Below, in pieces: positions 1 through 29,797 of a stretch of 64,000 nt of DNA. Source of the DNA: Blastocystis sp. Blastoise (Eukaryota > Protista > Bigyra: Opalinata). The position numbers and the translations under genes are program-made. Where the stretch lies: contig JBBPEB010000017.1 in the NCBI GenBank assembly GCA_039096225.1, forward strand, positions 806,001-870,000, written 5' to 3'. The notes under the pieces were generated by a model, which worked only from the letters and a program-made list of their open reading frames with translations, was not told the DNA's origin and made no database searches. How positions within the stretch are numbered: position 1 is the first letter of the stretch; every line of letters starts with the position of its first letter.

Positions 1-118
1 CACAAATACCACAAGCATCTTGTCCACGATGTTGTAACATTGTCAATCCTGTAATAAGCATTTTTGAAACATCAATCTTACTGTTCTTATTAACCATTAC
101 ACCAATAACACCACACAT
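1..118 (-). CDS. purF: Amidophosphoribosyltransferase (de novo purine synthesis), 5' end only; runs off the left edge
   Basis: Minus strand from ATG at 118 reads MCGVIGVMVNKNSKIDVSKMLITGLTMLQHRGQDACGIV. It has the N-terminal nucleophile Cys2 and the LQHRGQD motif of the propeptide-less PurF/Ade4 type. Not in the ORF track. Confidence 0.9.
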   Translation of the reverse strand, partial: MCGVIGVMVNKNSKIDVSKMLITGLTMLQHRGQDACGIC

Positions 119-197
119 CTTGTTCTATTCACAATAAATGGCAAATATCAACAAAATTATAATATAGTCCTGAAATAAAGGTGACAAAAGTATTCCA

Positions 198-207
198 TTC
201 CCGTGAA
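198..207 (-). promoter_or_regulatory. TTCACGGGAA candidate promoter element upstream of purF
   Basis: The same 10-mer occurs in sense orientation upstream of Tom22 (1262) and at the pre-insertion DBP7 promoter (44777). Confidence 0.45.
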
Positions 208-1261
208 AACATAACCGTCGACCAGTCATTTTTCGAAAGTTTGTTTAAACGTTTTTTTCTGTGGAAATACTGGTTGGTTTTTCTTTTTGATGAACGATTG
301 GTTAATAATTATATAAAGTCTCAATCACTTTAAAGAAAAAGAAAATGTATCTATTTTCTTTCATTTAGGTGGACAACTTATTAAAGAATAACTTTAGTTA
401 ATTCGGCTGGTTTTTACTCAACAAAGTCCAAAATGCTTGTTATATATATATATAAAGTATTCTCTATATTAGATCTAATTACTGCGAAAATACTAATTAG
501 AAAGTAATTATTATTTTTTTATTTTTTGTTAGATTTATTTGAAAAATACATGACATATGTATTTGAAGATATTAAGTGATCCCTTTAAATATTTTTTAAG
601 AATTTATAAATGAGTAATTCACCTAAAAGAAAACAATTACGTTTTTTGGCAACAAAAAAATTTTTTATTTTTTTTATTATATATAATAAACAAAGATTTT
701 TAAAATTTTCCTCTTTTCAATTAAGAACTATCAAGTTTGTTAATTAACACTCATTAATAAGAGCGTGATGTATAAACCATATCGCATATATATCTGAAAA
801 AAATAATTGAAATATTTATAATCACAATTTTAATACATATTATATTAACATTCCCATTACTATTGATGAAAATCGTATATATATTGGCTAGTTACCTGAT
901 ATCAACTAATAACAACACAAATAATTACTAAATTCATATGTTTTATGAGTGAAAAAAAACATCTTACAAGAAATGACGAAATAATGGATGGAGTAACTCC
1001 CACACTCATAAATAAATAATCTGCATAGATTGCTAATTAATTCTAAACTAGATATGACATCATTTTATCAATAATGAAAGAATTTTCATCAATTAAATTT
1101 ATATTTCAATTCAAACTAAATAAAGATAATGAAATCATGTACATTCATAATCAATTGCTGTCTCTTAAGAATAAAAACAATTATGAAAACTTATTCATTT
1201 CTCCTTTTCCCTTGTTTGAACGAGTCGAGAAAAATTGCCAAAGAAAACGTTTTTGTTTATA

Positions 1262-1271
1262 TTCACGGGAA
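1262..1271 (+). promoter_or_regulatory. TTCACGGGAA candidate promoter element upstream of Tom22
   Basis: 126 nt before ATG 1398; identical 10-mer at two other promoters. Confidence 0.45.
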
Positions 1272-1397
1272 AATCGTGAACATGTTCTTATTTTTTTTCT
1301 CTTTTATAAATTGTTCTTGTTCAATTCTTTTCTTTAAATCTGTGTATGTTGCCTAATCTACATATAATATATTATTACAATGACTATAGAATAAAAA

Positions 1398-2135
1398 ATG
1401 AACGCTCTTGGATTAATGAATAATAAACAATCTCCTTCTTCTCAAGGTACATCTTCTGCTGCTAAGAAAAATACTCCTCCTCCTACTGGAATTAATAAAG
1501 TCTATGCTGTTGTAAAACGTAATGTTTTTGAACCTATTCAACATTTATTTCATGGATTTAATATGGAATATAAGACAGTATAATATTTTTATCAATATTT
1601 TATTTCATAAAAGTTATATATTTTTATTTTAAGATTTCTCAGTATCTATATATATCATTATATATAGGTGAAATCATTTGTGTCTAGAATCGTTTGGGTT
1701 TGTACTGCTATTAGTGTACAAGTTATTCTTCCTTTATTCTTTGAAGTACATATATATTATTTATTTAGAAGAATTGTATTTTTTTTTTGTTTCGTTGGTT
1801 TTTAAAAAATTTATTTATAACGTATAATAGTTATTTTTATAAATATATTATATTACATACTATTATATACTATTATAATATTATAATAATATATTATTAT
1901 ATACTATTATATAATAGCACATACTATTATATACATTACAAACTATTATATTATAATAATATACAATTATATACTATTATATACTATATATATATTATAT
2001 ACTATTATATATATTATATAGGTAGATAGAGAACAGACTGTTCAAGAAGTTGAGATGCGTCATGAAAACTTTTTAAATCCTTCTTCAACTTCTTCAAAAA
2101 CAACTCCTACCGTTAATGTCAATTCTTTAGTTTAA
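1398..2135 (+). CDS. TOM22: Mitochondrial import receptor Tom22 (short type); exons 1398-1577, 1668-1745, 2022-2135
   Basis: Three GT-AG-bounded exons join in frame. They give SRIVWVCTAISVQVILPLFFEVDREQ, matching the Tom22 TM signature (W...LP..E.(D/E)REQ), and end in TAA. Confidence 0.8.
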
Positions 2136-2403
2136 ACATACTTTTCTCATATATATATACTATATATTTTTATTTGTTTATTTCTATATACTTTATTTTT
2201 TGGGTAATAAAATAATTTTTATTCATTATTTGTAAAATTGCTAGTTTTGCTATTGTTTATAATATTTAGAAATATATAAAATTAAAAAAAAAACAATAAT
2301 GGTTTTTAGAAAACATAAATATTTATATATAATATTATATAACAAAGAGTCTGAAACAAACAATATATATAAAAAAACTATACTATATATAAATATATGT
2401 AAA

Positions 2404-4631
<2,228 letters not shown>

Positions 4632-4659
4632 ATGCTTAAAACTTTAATACCTTCTTCTA

Positions 4660-6766
4660 CAGTCCTAATAAAATTTTTTTGAACTTGAATAAAATTGTTG
4701 TTCGAAAAAATATTTATGGTTTTTTATAATAAAATTAGTTTCAGTACGATTATATTTACGATTCAAAATAATAAAATTCAATTGAGGATAATATAATTCT
4801 TGTTTTACTTTATTTTTTAAATAAGGATATTTTAAACTTAAAAATGACTTTTCTGCATTCTATATAATACATGAACAAGGGCTAAAGGCATTATTTTCTT
4901 TAAAATATTGGGTCAATATAATGATTACTTATTGATCTACATAAAGAAAGAGATTCAAATTGTTTTGAATTAATATAAGATGCATTTATGGTTTCTATTC
5001 TATTCAGCAGAAAATAATAAAATATTTTTACTAAACTTAATAATTCGGCTATAATAAAACTAAGCTCGCTCTTGAACCATCATTGTCTAATGTATTTATT
5101 TTATTTAAAACTTGTTGAGGATGTAAAGTTAAATAAAAACAAAACATAATTATGAATTCTTTACTTGCAAAATTATTCGTGGAATAGAAAATTACAAATA
5201 ATTAAATAATGTTCTATTACAAAATGAAAAAGAATAATAATCAAAAAAACAAACTCAAATATAAGAATGTTTTAATTAATTTTCTAAAGATCATGTTTAT
5301 CCATAACTTTGGAAAATGTAATAGAATTTGTATGTTCAATACAACGTCTTATTTCATTTCTGGATAATTTATTCCACACATCTTCAAGTTTTTGATAAAA
5401 GTTTTCAAGATTAATCCATGAAATAATGCTACTTTCGACTCTACTTTTCCAAATAGAGAAAATATGTTCAATAGGATTCATTTCTGGAGTGTACGGAGGA
5501 CCAAAAATTACTTTAACACCATATCTTTCGGCAATTTCTAAGAGTTGTTCCATGTGAATTGGAGCATTATCCATGTAGAAACACAAATCATTTTCTGTTT
5601 TTTTGTATTCTTTAATACATTTTTCAAAAAACTCTAAAAAAATAGCTCCATTAACAGAGCATCCAAAGATTTCTGCATATCCATTTCCATTTGAAGATAT
5701 TGTAGCGATAGCAGTAACTGGTAAACGTTTGGAAACTGTATGATAATAAATTTTTTGATTTTTAAAACCCCATCCTTTTTGAGCATAATTGTTAAAACCC
5801 CAATGAACCTCATCTAAATAAACCATGCAAGTACCACGTTGTTTTATTCTGAATACTTCTTTAAAAACTTCAATTCTAAGTTTCTTATTTTCATCATTAT
5901 TAGATGCTTTTCCTCGAGGGTAGAGTCGTGTAACGGAAAACGTTTTGCCAATATGCTCACACATTAACGTGCTATGCATATGCTTTTGAACAGTTGAAGA
6001 GCTGCATATTGGAGTGATTGTGGAATCTTGTCTTAATCTATCAACCTCCTCAATCATAGCTTTTCTTTTTTCTTCGGTGACATCATATGAATCGTCACTA
6101 AGAATATCAGCTTCAGAAGGATTTGGGTTGGATAAAACTAAAACAACATCCTTGACATGAAACTTTGGATTGATGAAAAACATGTTTTTGATGCGTATTG
6201 ACATCTGTCTTGTGATTATGACCTTAGGACCTGTTTTCTTTTTTTCCTTGATAAGTGATTCTCCATTGACCATTTTTTTCATAAATCTTTTTGCACAGCC
6301 TTCCGTAATCGGTAGCATTAAAGCATAATCCTTAGCAGTCCGCTTGAATCCGTGAATTGTAAAGAGTCTTTGGAACTCTTTCTTGACATCATCACTGATA
6401 GAAGTTTTTTTGTAACTTCTCCTTTGTTCGTTTTGCCATTGCTCGTCTTTACGTGGTCTTCCTCTTCCTCTACGTGGTACTTCAACAACTTGATTAAGGG
6501 AATCTCGATATTGAAAAAGGGCTGAAGTTGAAAGAGGTGTTTCACCCTGCTGGTCATCGTTTGAATCACTCATTGAAAATAAATCTAATAGTTGTAAGAG
6601 CTTATTTAAAAAATAAAGTAAAACAAGAATTATATTATCCTCAATTGAATTTTATTATTTTGAATCGTAAATATAATCGTACTGAAACTAATTTTATTAT
6701 AAAAAACCATAAATATTTTTTCGAACAACAATTTTATTCAAGTTCAAAAAAATTTTATTAGGACTG
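4660..6766 (-). mobile_element. Complete IS630/Tc1/mariner-superfamily DNA transposon, 2,107 bp, 166-bp TIRs, TA target-site duplication
   Basis: 4660-4825 (CAGTCCTAATAAAA...AAATAAG) is the reverse complement of 6601-6766 (CTTATTT...TTTTATTAGGACTG). TA lies at 4658-4659 and 6767-6768. An intact transposase lies inside. Confidence 0.97.
5284..6573 (-). CDS. DDE transposase (IS630/Tc1-like, D,D33E) with N-terminal AT-hook, 429 aa, intronless
   Basis: VYLDEVHW ... FYMDNAPIH ... PPYTPEMNPIEHIFSIWK; AT-hook PRRGRGRPRK. Confidence 0.93.
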   Translation of the reverse strand: MSDSNDDQQGETPLSTSALFQYRDSLNQVVEVPRRGRGRPRKDEQWQNEQRRSYKKTSISDDVKKEFQRLFTIHGFKRTAKDYALMLPITEGCAKRFMKKMVNGESLIKEKKKTGPKVIITRQMSIRIKNMFFINPKFHVKDVVLVLSNPNPSEADILSDDSYDVTEEKRKAMIEEVDRLRQDSTITPICSSSTVQKHMHSTLMCEHIGKTFSVTRLYPRGKASNNDENKKLRIEVFKEVFRIKQRGTCMVYLDEVHWGFNNYAQKGWGFKNQKIYYHTVSKRLPVTAIATISSNGNGYAEIFGCSVNGAIFLEFFEKCIKEYKKTENDLCFYMDNAPIHMEQLLEIAERYGVKVIFGPPYTPEMNPIEHIFSIWKSRVESSIISWINLENFYQKLEDVWNKLSRNEIRRCIEHTNSITFSKVMDKHDL

Positions 6767-6969
6767 TATATTATTATAAAACAATTTTCTTCTGTTTATT
6801 TTAAAAAAATAAAGAACTTTTCTAATATTTCCAAGAATTTTTGCTTTTTTGTTTGTTTCATCTTTTTTTGACTTTATTATTACTTTGAATTCGATTACTG
6901 TTGTATTGATTCATAAGTTTTATTTCATTATATTATTAAACTCTTCAACATCTTCTCCATATAATAAAT

Positions 6970-7532
6970 ATGGCAACTCGTGCTACTGCTCGTTTACCTC
7001 CTGAAGTAAACAGAATCCTATATGTTAAAAATTTACCCTATAAAATCTCTGCAGAAGAAATGTACGATCTCTTTGATAAATATGGTGATATAAGACAAAT
7101 CAGAATGTATGTAAATATTTATAAAAATAAATAAATCGAGAATGGTTTTCGTCATTCTTTTTGAATATTTTATATAAATAACTTTTTATCTATACGTGTA
7201 TATCCTAAATAAATTATTGATATAGTGGAAATACAAAGGAAACTCGTGGAACAGCCTTTGTTATTTATGAAGATATATATGATGCAAAAAGAGCTTATGA
7301 CACTCTTTCTGGTTTTAAAGTTGCAGATAAATATTTAGTTATTATTTACTTTAAGGCAAATAAGTATATATTCATATATATATTTATTGTATTCGTTTCT
7401 ATTATTATATAAATTCATAAATCATAAAATAATAATAATTATACTTTATGTAGGATATTAAAAGAAAAAGACCTCGAAAAACGTGAGAAAGAATTAGAAG
7501 AATATAAAATGAAATATGGTTTATCACGATAA
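6970..7532 (+). CDS. SF3B6: Splicing factor 3B subunit 6 (p14, branch-site protein), 3 exons
   Basis: Spliced: [67 protein letters not shown]...KYGLSR*. Missed by the ORF track. Confidence 0.96.
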
Positions 7533-9165
7533 ACTTATAAATAATTATTTGCTTAAATATATTTTTTTTACTTTTATTGTTTCTATGTTTTTCTTATATA
7601 TTCATTCATATATATGTCTATTTTTTGTGTTAAAAAATATGTCGATACTTATACTTGTGTTTATATATAAATCTGTTCAACTTTTTCTAAACTATATAAA
7701 TAGAGAATTCTTTATTAATAAAACAAATTAGATGTATTTTTATGTAAGATTTTAATTTAAAAAAATGATAAAGGAGAGTATTTATTTTTTTAATATATTA
7801 TATTAACATACAACAAATATAAACAAATACAAAAGTTATTATTTGAGATAATAGAAAATTATATATATAATTTGAACGAAATGAAAAGCAAAAAAAGAAT
7901 TGAATATAGAATATAAACAAATAGACGCTATATATGTTATATATATAGTCCAGAAAAAACAAAATATCGTTTCAATGAAGATACAAAGAATTGAATGCAC
8001 TATAAGACATTTTTGACCTTTTAACAAATATGATTGGCTATCTATGATTATTAGTCCAATCAATTTGTTTAAAATGACAAAACTGTCCGTAGTGATGCCA
8101 TAATTATTTAGTTTTATATATATATATATGAACTAAGTTATTTAATACATAATATATATATACCTAGAATAACGAAATAAATAAGTAATAAATATAGGTT
8201 GCATATATATATATATATATAGAAACAAAGAGAAAGACTATAAAAAGGAATAAAATGTTTAAATAAAAGGATAATAATATTATAATAGTATAATATATAT
8301 ATGTTAAAATAATTATATAATAAAATACTTTTTATATTACTATCAAACTATTCTTGTAACAAATGAAATATATATAATAGATATTGAATTAAATATTTAC
8401 TATATAAAACCATATATATATATATATATATATATATGTTTTCAAATGAAAATGAATAGAAAAAACAAAATAAAAATTTAAGTAATTAAAAGAATAAAAA
8501 TCATTAAAAGATTCAGAGAGGCAAAAAAAAATACCAAAATGTATTTTGTAAATAAAAAATATTCCAATCAAAAAAAGGAAGGAAAACAATATATTTATAA
8601 TAAATAAAAAATATTTAGTATATATATATGAATATATATAGAAAGTGAATTCAGTTTTAAATATCATAAGCCGAAGAGGCGTATATATATATATATATAT
8701 ATAATGTTAATTAAGACATAAATAATTAGTATATAAAATAAATAGAAAACAAAAAAAAAAAACAAAACAAAACATATAAACAAAAGGATATATATATATA
8801 ATAATAATAATAAATAGAACACTTTATTATTAAAGAAAGCATCACAAAAAAAAAGAAAACAAAAAAAAATTCAATAATATAAAAAAAGTATATATATATA
8901 TATGTTTATTGATCAATAGATTGATACTGATAAGAACTGAATAATATATGATATAAGAATAATATATATATATATTTATATATGTATATATATAGAAACC
9001 TAATAAATTTAAAAAATGAGGAATAATAAAAAGAAAAAATGTATATATATATAAAACAAAATATGTCATAATAAATATATAAATTATAATGTATGAACGA
9101 ACAAAATGGAAACTTTTATTTAATATATATATATATATATTATTCATTGAATATATAGAAGTAAA

Positions 9166-23502
<14,337 letters not shown>

Positions 23503-24505
23503 GTCAGTTCAACGAAGAAGCTGCTGTTTTATATTTATTAAAACTCTTTATACTTATTTAAAAGATCAATAAATGATGAGGTAAATACAAGTTGAATAAA
23601 AAAATCAAGAAACAAAAATAAATGTTCAACCTCACAAGGAATAATCACGATTAAAAAGGCTGAATACTCTTGAAATCTTTATACCCTATTTTAAAAGTAG
23701 AATCCCCCTAATTCAACGAGCTTTCTAGTCCGTGAATTTTTTAAAAAACTATACTGAATTATTTTTAAGATTAGTATTAAATTGTTTGAAATATAAATTT
23801 TTTGCTGAACTACTTTTCAGATATAAATTTCTTTTTGTTCTTCTTATTGTTATAAGAAGAATATTTATTAATTTAATATATTTATTTACTAGTTTATTAT
23901 GTTAGAATGTTCTTGGTTAACTAAGTACACTATAATTTTAAGATATCATTCTGGAACAATCTTTTGTTATTATTTGTTATAAGAACATATATTCCTATTC
24001 ACTGAATTAGTTAGATAAATATTTAGTATGCTATTGTATCTATTTCTATGAAAAGTTTTAAAACTTTATTGAGTTTTACTTCATTTCTAAATATATACAT
24101 AGATAGATATGATTTTATTGTATATGATTATAAGACAGATCAGAAAATCGTGAATGTTAGGTTTTTATCCGGAATATATTATACTATTTTATGAAATCTG
24201 TATGATTGGTTACGAGTATTAATATAACAAATTGTTTTTCATTTTTATAATAAATCATTCTTAAATGAGTAACGTATCGTAAATAAAGAATCTTTATTTA
24301 ATGTTGTGAAGCCATATAATACTAATTATTTATGGATAATGATAAAATGATGTTATTCATATATACACGATAAAAAATTAATTATAAAATGATTAAACAA
24401 AACAATATAGAGAGTCTTTTTAAAAATACGATTTTTTTAATTATTATTATGTAAATATATAATAATAATAATAATAAATAATAGCACTAAAGATATAAAT
24501 TTCTT

Positions 24506-25145
24506 TTAAGGAACATATTTTAATAAATTAAAATCAGTTGGATTTCTACTAATATAACTATATATAATGTAATATAAATATAATGAATTACTATTAGTAT
24601 AAATATATATATGAACAATATATACTCATTTTCAATAAGATAGTCAATTTTTTCTTTGATAAGTTCTATTGGAATATTAGGTTTTGAAGAAGTGATAACA
24701 GAGAAGATTTCTGTTGCAGGTATATATAACTTAGTTTCTAGTTCTTTCTGTTGAGAAGCAGTCAATTTAATGATATCTTCTTCATCTTCGATATTATAAG
24801 CAGTGAATAAATCACGATAATGACTCTTTAATAAATTAACAATCTTAGCATTAATGAAAGCACTATATATTATTATTATTATTATTATTATACTTATTAT
24901 TATTATGCTTATTATACTTATTATACTTATTATTATATTTATTATTATATTTATTATGATTATACTTATTATATAACTATAACTATATACTCATTATTCT
25001 CTTGACAAGTATCAACGTTATTATGCATATAAATAATAGGAACAGGAATTCGAAACCCTCTTCCATCTGGATTATACATTTGATCCGGATGAGGTAAAGA
25101 ATAGCTTAAGCAATAAAGAGGAATAGATGCAGATGTAGTAGTAGG

Positions 25146-25188
<43 letters not shown>

Positions 25189-27175
25189 GTAGTAGTAGTA
25201 GTAGTAGTAGCAGCAGGATTATTATTATTAGCAGTAGTAGTAGTAGCAGGATTATTATTATTAATATTATTATTAATATTATTAATATTATTATTATTAT
25301 TAGTAGTAGTTGTAGAATTATCTTTATTATTATTTGTAGTAATAGTAGCAGCATTAGAATTATTACTATTATTATTATCTTTATTATCTTTATTATTATT
25401 AATAGGAACAGAAGTAGTAAGAGAAGAAGACACACGAAGAATGCCATATCTATAAGAAGAAGAAGAATAAATATAAATAAATGAATAAATAAAAATGAAC
25501 TCATAAAATATATATTTATAGATAGTTTTCATAGATAGAATATTATAATATATATACATACTTTACAAATTGAAGAACAACTTGATTAATATAGATAATA
25601 TTTGTAGAATATTGTTCACATACTTTTATAATTGCTTCCATAGATAATGAACTCTTTTTAAAAAGAGCCAATATAAGTGCTTGAAATTCTGAAAGAACGA
25701 ATGACATCGGCTTCTCAATAATTGTGTTTCCTTCTTTCACTTTATATGTATATTGAACTGTTACAGATCCAAAACCTAATAGCTATATATATAATAATAA
25801 TAATAATAATTATTATTATATAATTATATATATATATACAGGTTCGATAGTAGATATAGAATGATTTGCCTGATAATAATCAACAAGATCTCCTATTTTA
25901 GCGCGGTATTTCATAGTGAACCCGCCACAATAATTACTACGTCGTTTCGAGGAGTCCATGACGTCATTAGGAAGACGAATAGCACTAAAACCGCGGAAAT
26001 CCACATAATAGGAAGAAAGGGTATATAAAGAGATTTGAGCATTCTATACAGAATAATGAAAAATATTATAAAATAAAATGATATTACTATTTTTATACAT
26101 GGAATATATAAAATTCTTAATCATATAAAAAGAATATATATATATACATCTTGCATTTCTGATATATATGGAGTTTCAGCACCTTTTAACTATATATAAA
26201 TAGCTTATTATTATGTGTATTATTATTATACTTATCATTATATTTATTATTATATTTATTATTATATTCAATACTATATTTATTATTATATATATTATAT
26301 ACTAGTTTTTTAATTGTGAATACTTCGGTATCAAATAACGTGCAAAACTTACTTAATATCTATATATATATAATATATAATATATATAATAAATATATGT
26401 ATATTTACATATTGGTCAACATTTGGCTTATATTTATATATATATAAACGTGTGAATAGAAGTTGTTTATAATAATATATATATTCATCATTATAATAAC
26501 CAGAAGATAACTATATATATATATATATATTATTACATTTACTATTATTATTATTATAAATATACTTGAAATATGGCTTCCAACCACACATCTCGTTCAG
26601 GTGACTATATATATATATATATAGTAGTTAATAGAAATTATATATATATATATATATATATATACTGTCCATTTTCCTTTTTCATCCACAAGTTTACTTG
26701 AAAGGAGACTTATCTATAAGTATATATATATATATATATTAAATATAATGTATATTTGTATAGTATTAGAAAGCAAACTATATATATACTATAGAGTTAT
26801 TAAGAATATTGTTAAGAAAGAGTGGAACAGCTGGAAAAGAGGATAGAAAGGAGGTAAATAGAGGAACCAACTATATATATATATATATATATATCATTAA
26901 TGGTATTAAGTATAATAATTATTCTAATTAGTTTAATAATGAAAATAATAATATAATTAATATAGAAATAAGTAGAATATAATAATACAATTAGTTAAAT
27001 AAGTAAAATATAATAATATAATTAGTTCAATAATAATATAATAATAGCATACAATATCTTTAAAATTGGCGGGATCCGTGTCGCGGTAAATACTCTCCGA
27101 AAGGATAAGAAGACGATAATATAAATTAACAAAAGAATTTATATACATATAGCATTCATCTATATATATATATAT

Positions 27176-27224
<49 letters not shown>

Positions 27225-27494
27225 TATATATATATATATATATTAATAGATACCTTGATTTGAGTAATCTGCTTTGAAAACTGGCATTTTTGGAAGTCGT
27301 GTCTATTAATAATAATAATAATAGTAATAATAATAAGTATAATAATAAGTATAATAATAAGTATAATAATAAGTATAATAATATATAACATATACAACTA
27401 TATAAGGTTTTAAACAAGGTACAATGGTCTTTTGATAAGGAATATCTAAAATCCCGCGGGTCTCGAAGATAATACGCCGAAGTTGTCCTATTTG

Positions 27495-27528
<34 letters not shown>

Positions 27529-29254
27529 AACATATTATTCTATATATAGAAAATATAATATATATATATATATAGAAAACATAATATATATACTTTTTCA
27601 TGTTGTGGATCAATTAGTGGTGATAAAAAGGCGGGATTCTTATTAATAATTGGCAGAATATACTGACCAACAATATAGCAATAACCCTATATATAATATA
27701 TAATATATAATATATAATATATAATATAAATACTTGAATAAGAACGATTTCATTAGTCGTATCTTTGAGGAGACATGACGCGTCATCAAGTATATCCATT
27801 TCATACTGAATCTATATAAACGAATAACATAATTATATAATTATGATTATGTTTATATAAATATGAATCGAATAATGATTATATATTAACAATAATATTA
27901 ATAAAAACTATATATATATATATATACTACATCAAATAGCATAAACATAGATTCTTTTGAAAAACAATCTTCGCATTGCACGTGACTTAAAATAAGTTCT
28001 TTAAATTCATTTCGATTTATAAATACATTTAAAAATAACCGTAAATAAAAAGGATTACGAGGAAAGTTATTCAGCATATAAGAATATGTTTTATTAGATA
28101 ATTCTGAAATAGTACTCTTAGAAACAAGACGACCCAATATAAAAAGAATTCGACTTCTATATATATATAATGATAATAATAAAGATAATAATATAAATAA
28201 AATAGTTTATAAAAATAATAAATAAAAATAATAAATTAAAAAAAAAACAATTATATATAACTTGAACTAAAAAAAATTAATAAAAAACTCAAAAAATTAT
28301 ATATACAATGGTTCTAATAACATTTGTTTTTCTTTTCTGAGTTTATTTTTAAATATATATAATAAATAATTATCGATAATAGAAGAGATATAACGTAAAT
28401 GTTTCTTGATAAAAACACGAACAAATGCCTAGAAAAAAAAATAATAATAGAATAGCTAATATATAAATGGTATATATATAATATTTATATTAATAAAGTG
28501 TTTATACATATATAAATATATACTGTATGCCCTGTTATATAAGTATTAGTATTATGATTATAACAATAAGAATCATCGATAATCCTTATAGTTGTATCTA
28601 CATATGTATAAGAGCAACAAATAAAATGTAAAATTGCAAAATAGCAATCAACCACATCACATAAAAGCTATAAGAATAAATATATATAAAGACAAGAACA
28701 ATTGCTGTATATAGATCTAAAATCAAAAATAGATGAACAAAATGATTTAAATATATATGTTTTATAAACTAAAATAATACTTTCAATCTTGATTCTTCTG
28801 ACTGAACCTTTAATAACTTCTTTCCATGCTCATAGAATAGTGCACAGGAGTCACTTAGATTTATAAAAAACTATAATACAAATGAAATAATTGTATTATC
28901 AGCAAGTTACAAAAAAATAAAAACAGAAATCACAACATACTTTATTCAAACCAGCATAATATACATAGGGAAACGAGGAATTATCTTGGGGAATAATTTT
29001 AAAAGTAGTTTTATCATTCATAAGGAGTTTATGACCATTGTCCATAAAAATCTAGAGAAATAAATGATTATTTAAATAGTTTTAAATATTGATCTTGTGT
29101 ACCTTATATATAAAAGAGAATTCCATCTCATGAAGTTTAGAAAATTGCATAACTGATGAGCCACTAGATAATGAAAAGATAAGTATGTCGCAAAATACTT
29201 TGCTATATCAATTATGGAGTTCATGTAATATTCAATATATGATTGAGCAGACAT
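24506..29254 (-). CDS. Divergent cullin-family protein, many exons
   Basis: C-terminal cullin features: LGFGSVTVQY...FVLSEFQALILALFKKSSLSMEAI, NAKIVNLIKSH (cf. AAIVRIMKSRK, the neddylation motif) and IKEKIDYLIENDYISRNPTDFNLLKYVP* (winged-helix end). Internal exons and the start were not fully resolved. Confidence 0.7.
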
Positions 29255-29797
29255 GATTCAATTAGAATGAAGCAATTCAATCAATTTACTATTTTATGAA
29301 CAAAAATAAATTAAGGCATCTTAAGATTCTTTCAGTTTCAATTTAAAAACGAAAATATTTAATGGTCAGCTGTTCATTAGATATTAGTATTATTGATTTT
29401 AATCATTATGTTTAATGATGCTCATATGTTGTATATAATAAATGGAATATCATTTTCACAAAAAGTTGTAATTCATTTCGTTAATTTTTTGTATATTTAG
29501 TTATTTCATTTTTATAAATATATATTCATAATTATGAGATAATGTTAAATAAATTAATTGATATCTTTTTTAAATAAACAAATACTAACTTTAGAAATGA
29601 CGATTATTGAAGCTATATAGCAATATTTAAAATAAAAACTTGTGAATCTATCAAATTAAAGAATTTAAAACAAAACAAATTTAATATAATATAAATTATG
29701 ATACTATTATATCACTGAATCAATTCTAGTACAAGAGAATAATAGAAAAACAAAAAGATAATAAATCTATATATTTTTATATTCAAATAAGTTGTAT

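Noticed and set aside
23900-23960. Heat-shock-element-like AGAATGTTCT and TTCTGGAA upstream of the RING gene
   Set aside because: Only two nGAAn units each; expected by chance at this composition.
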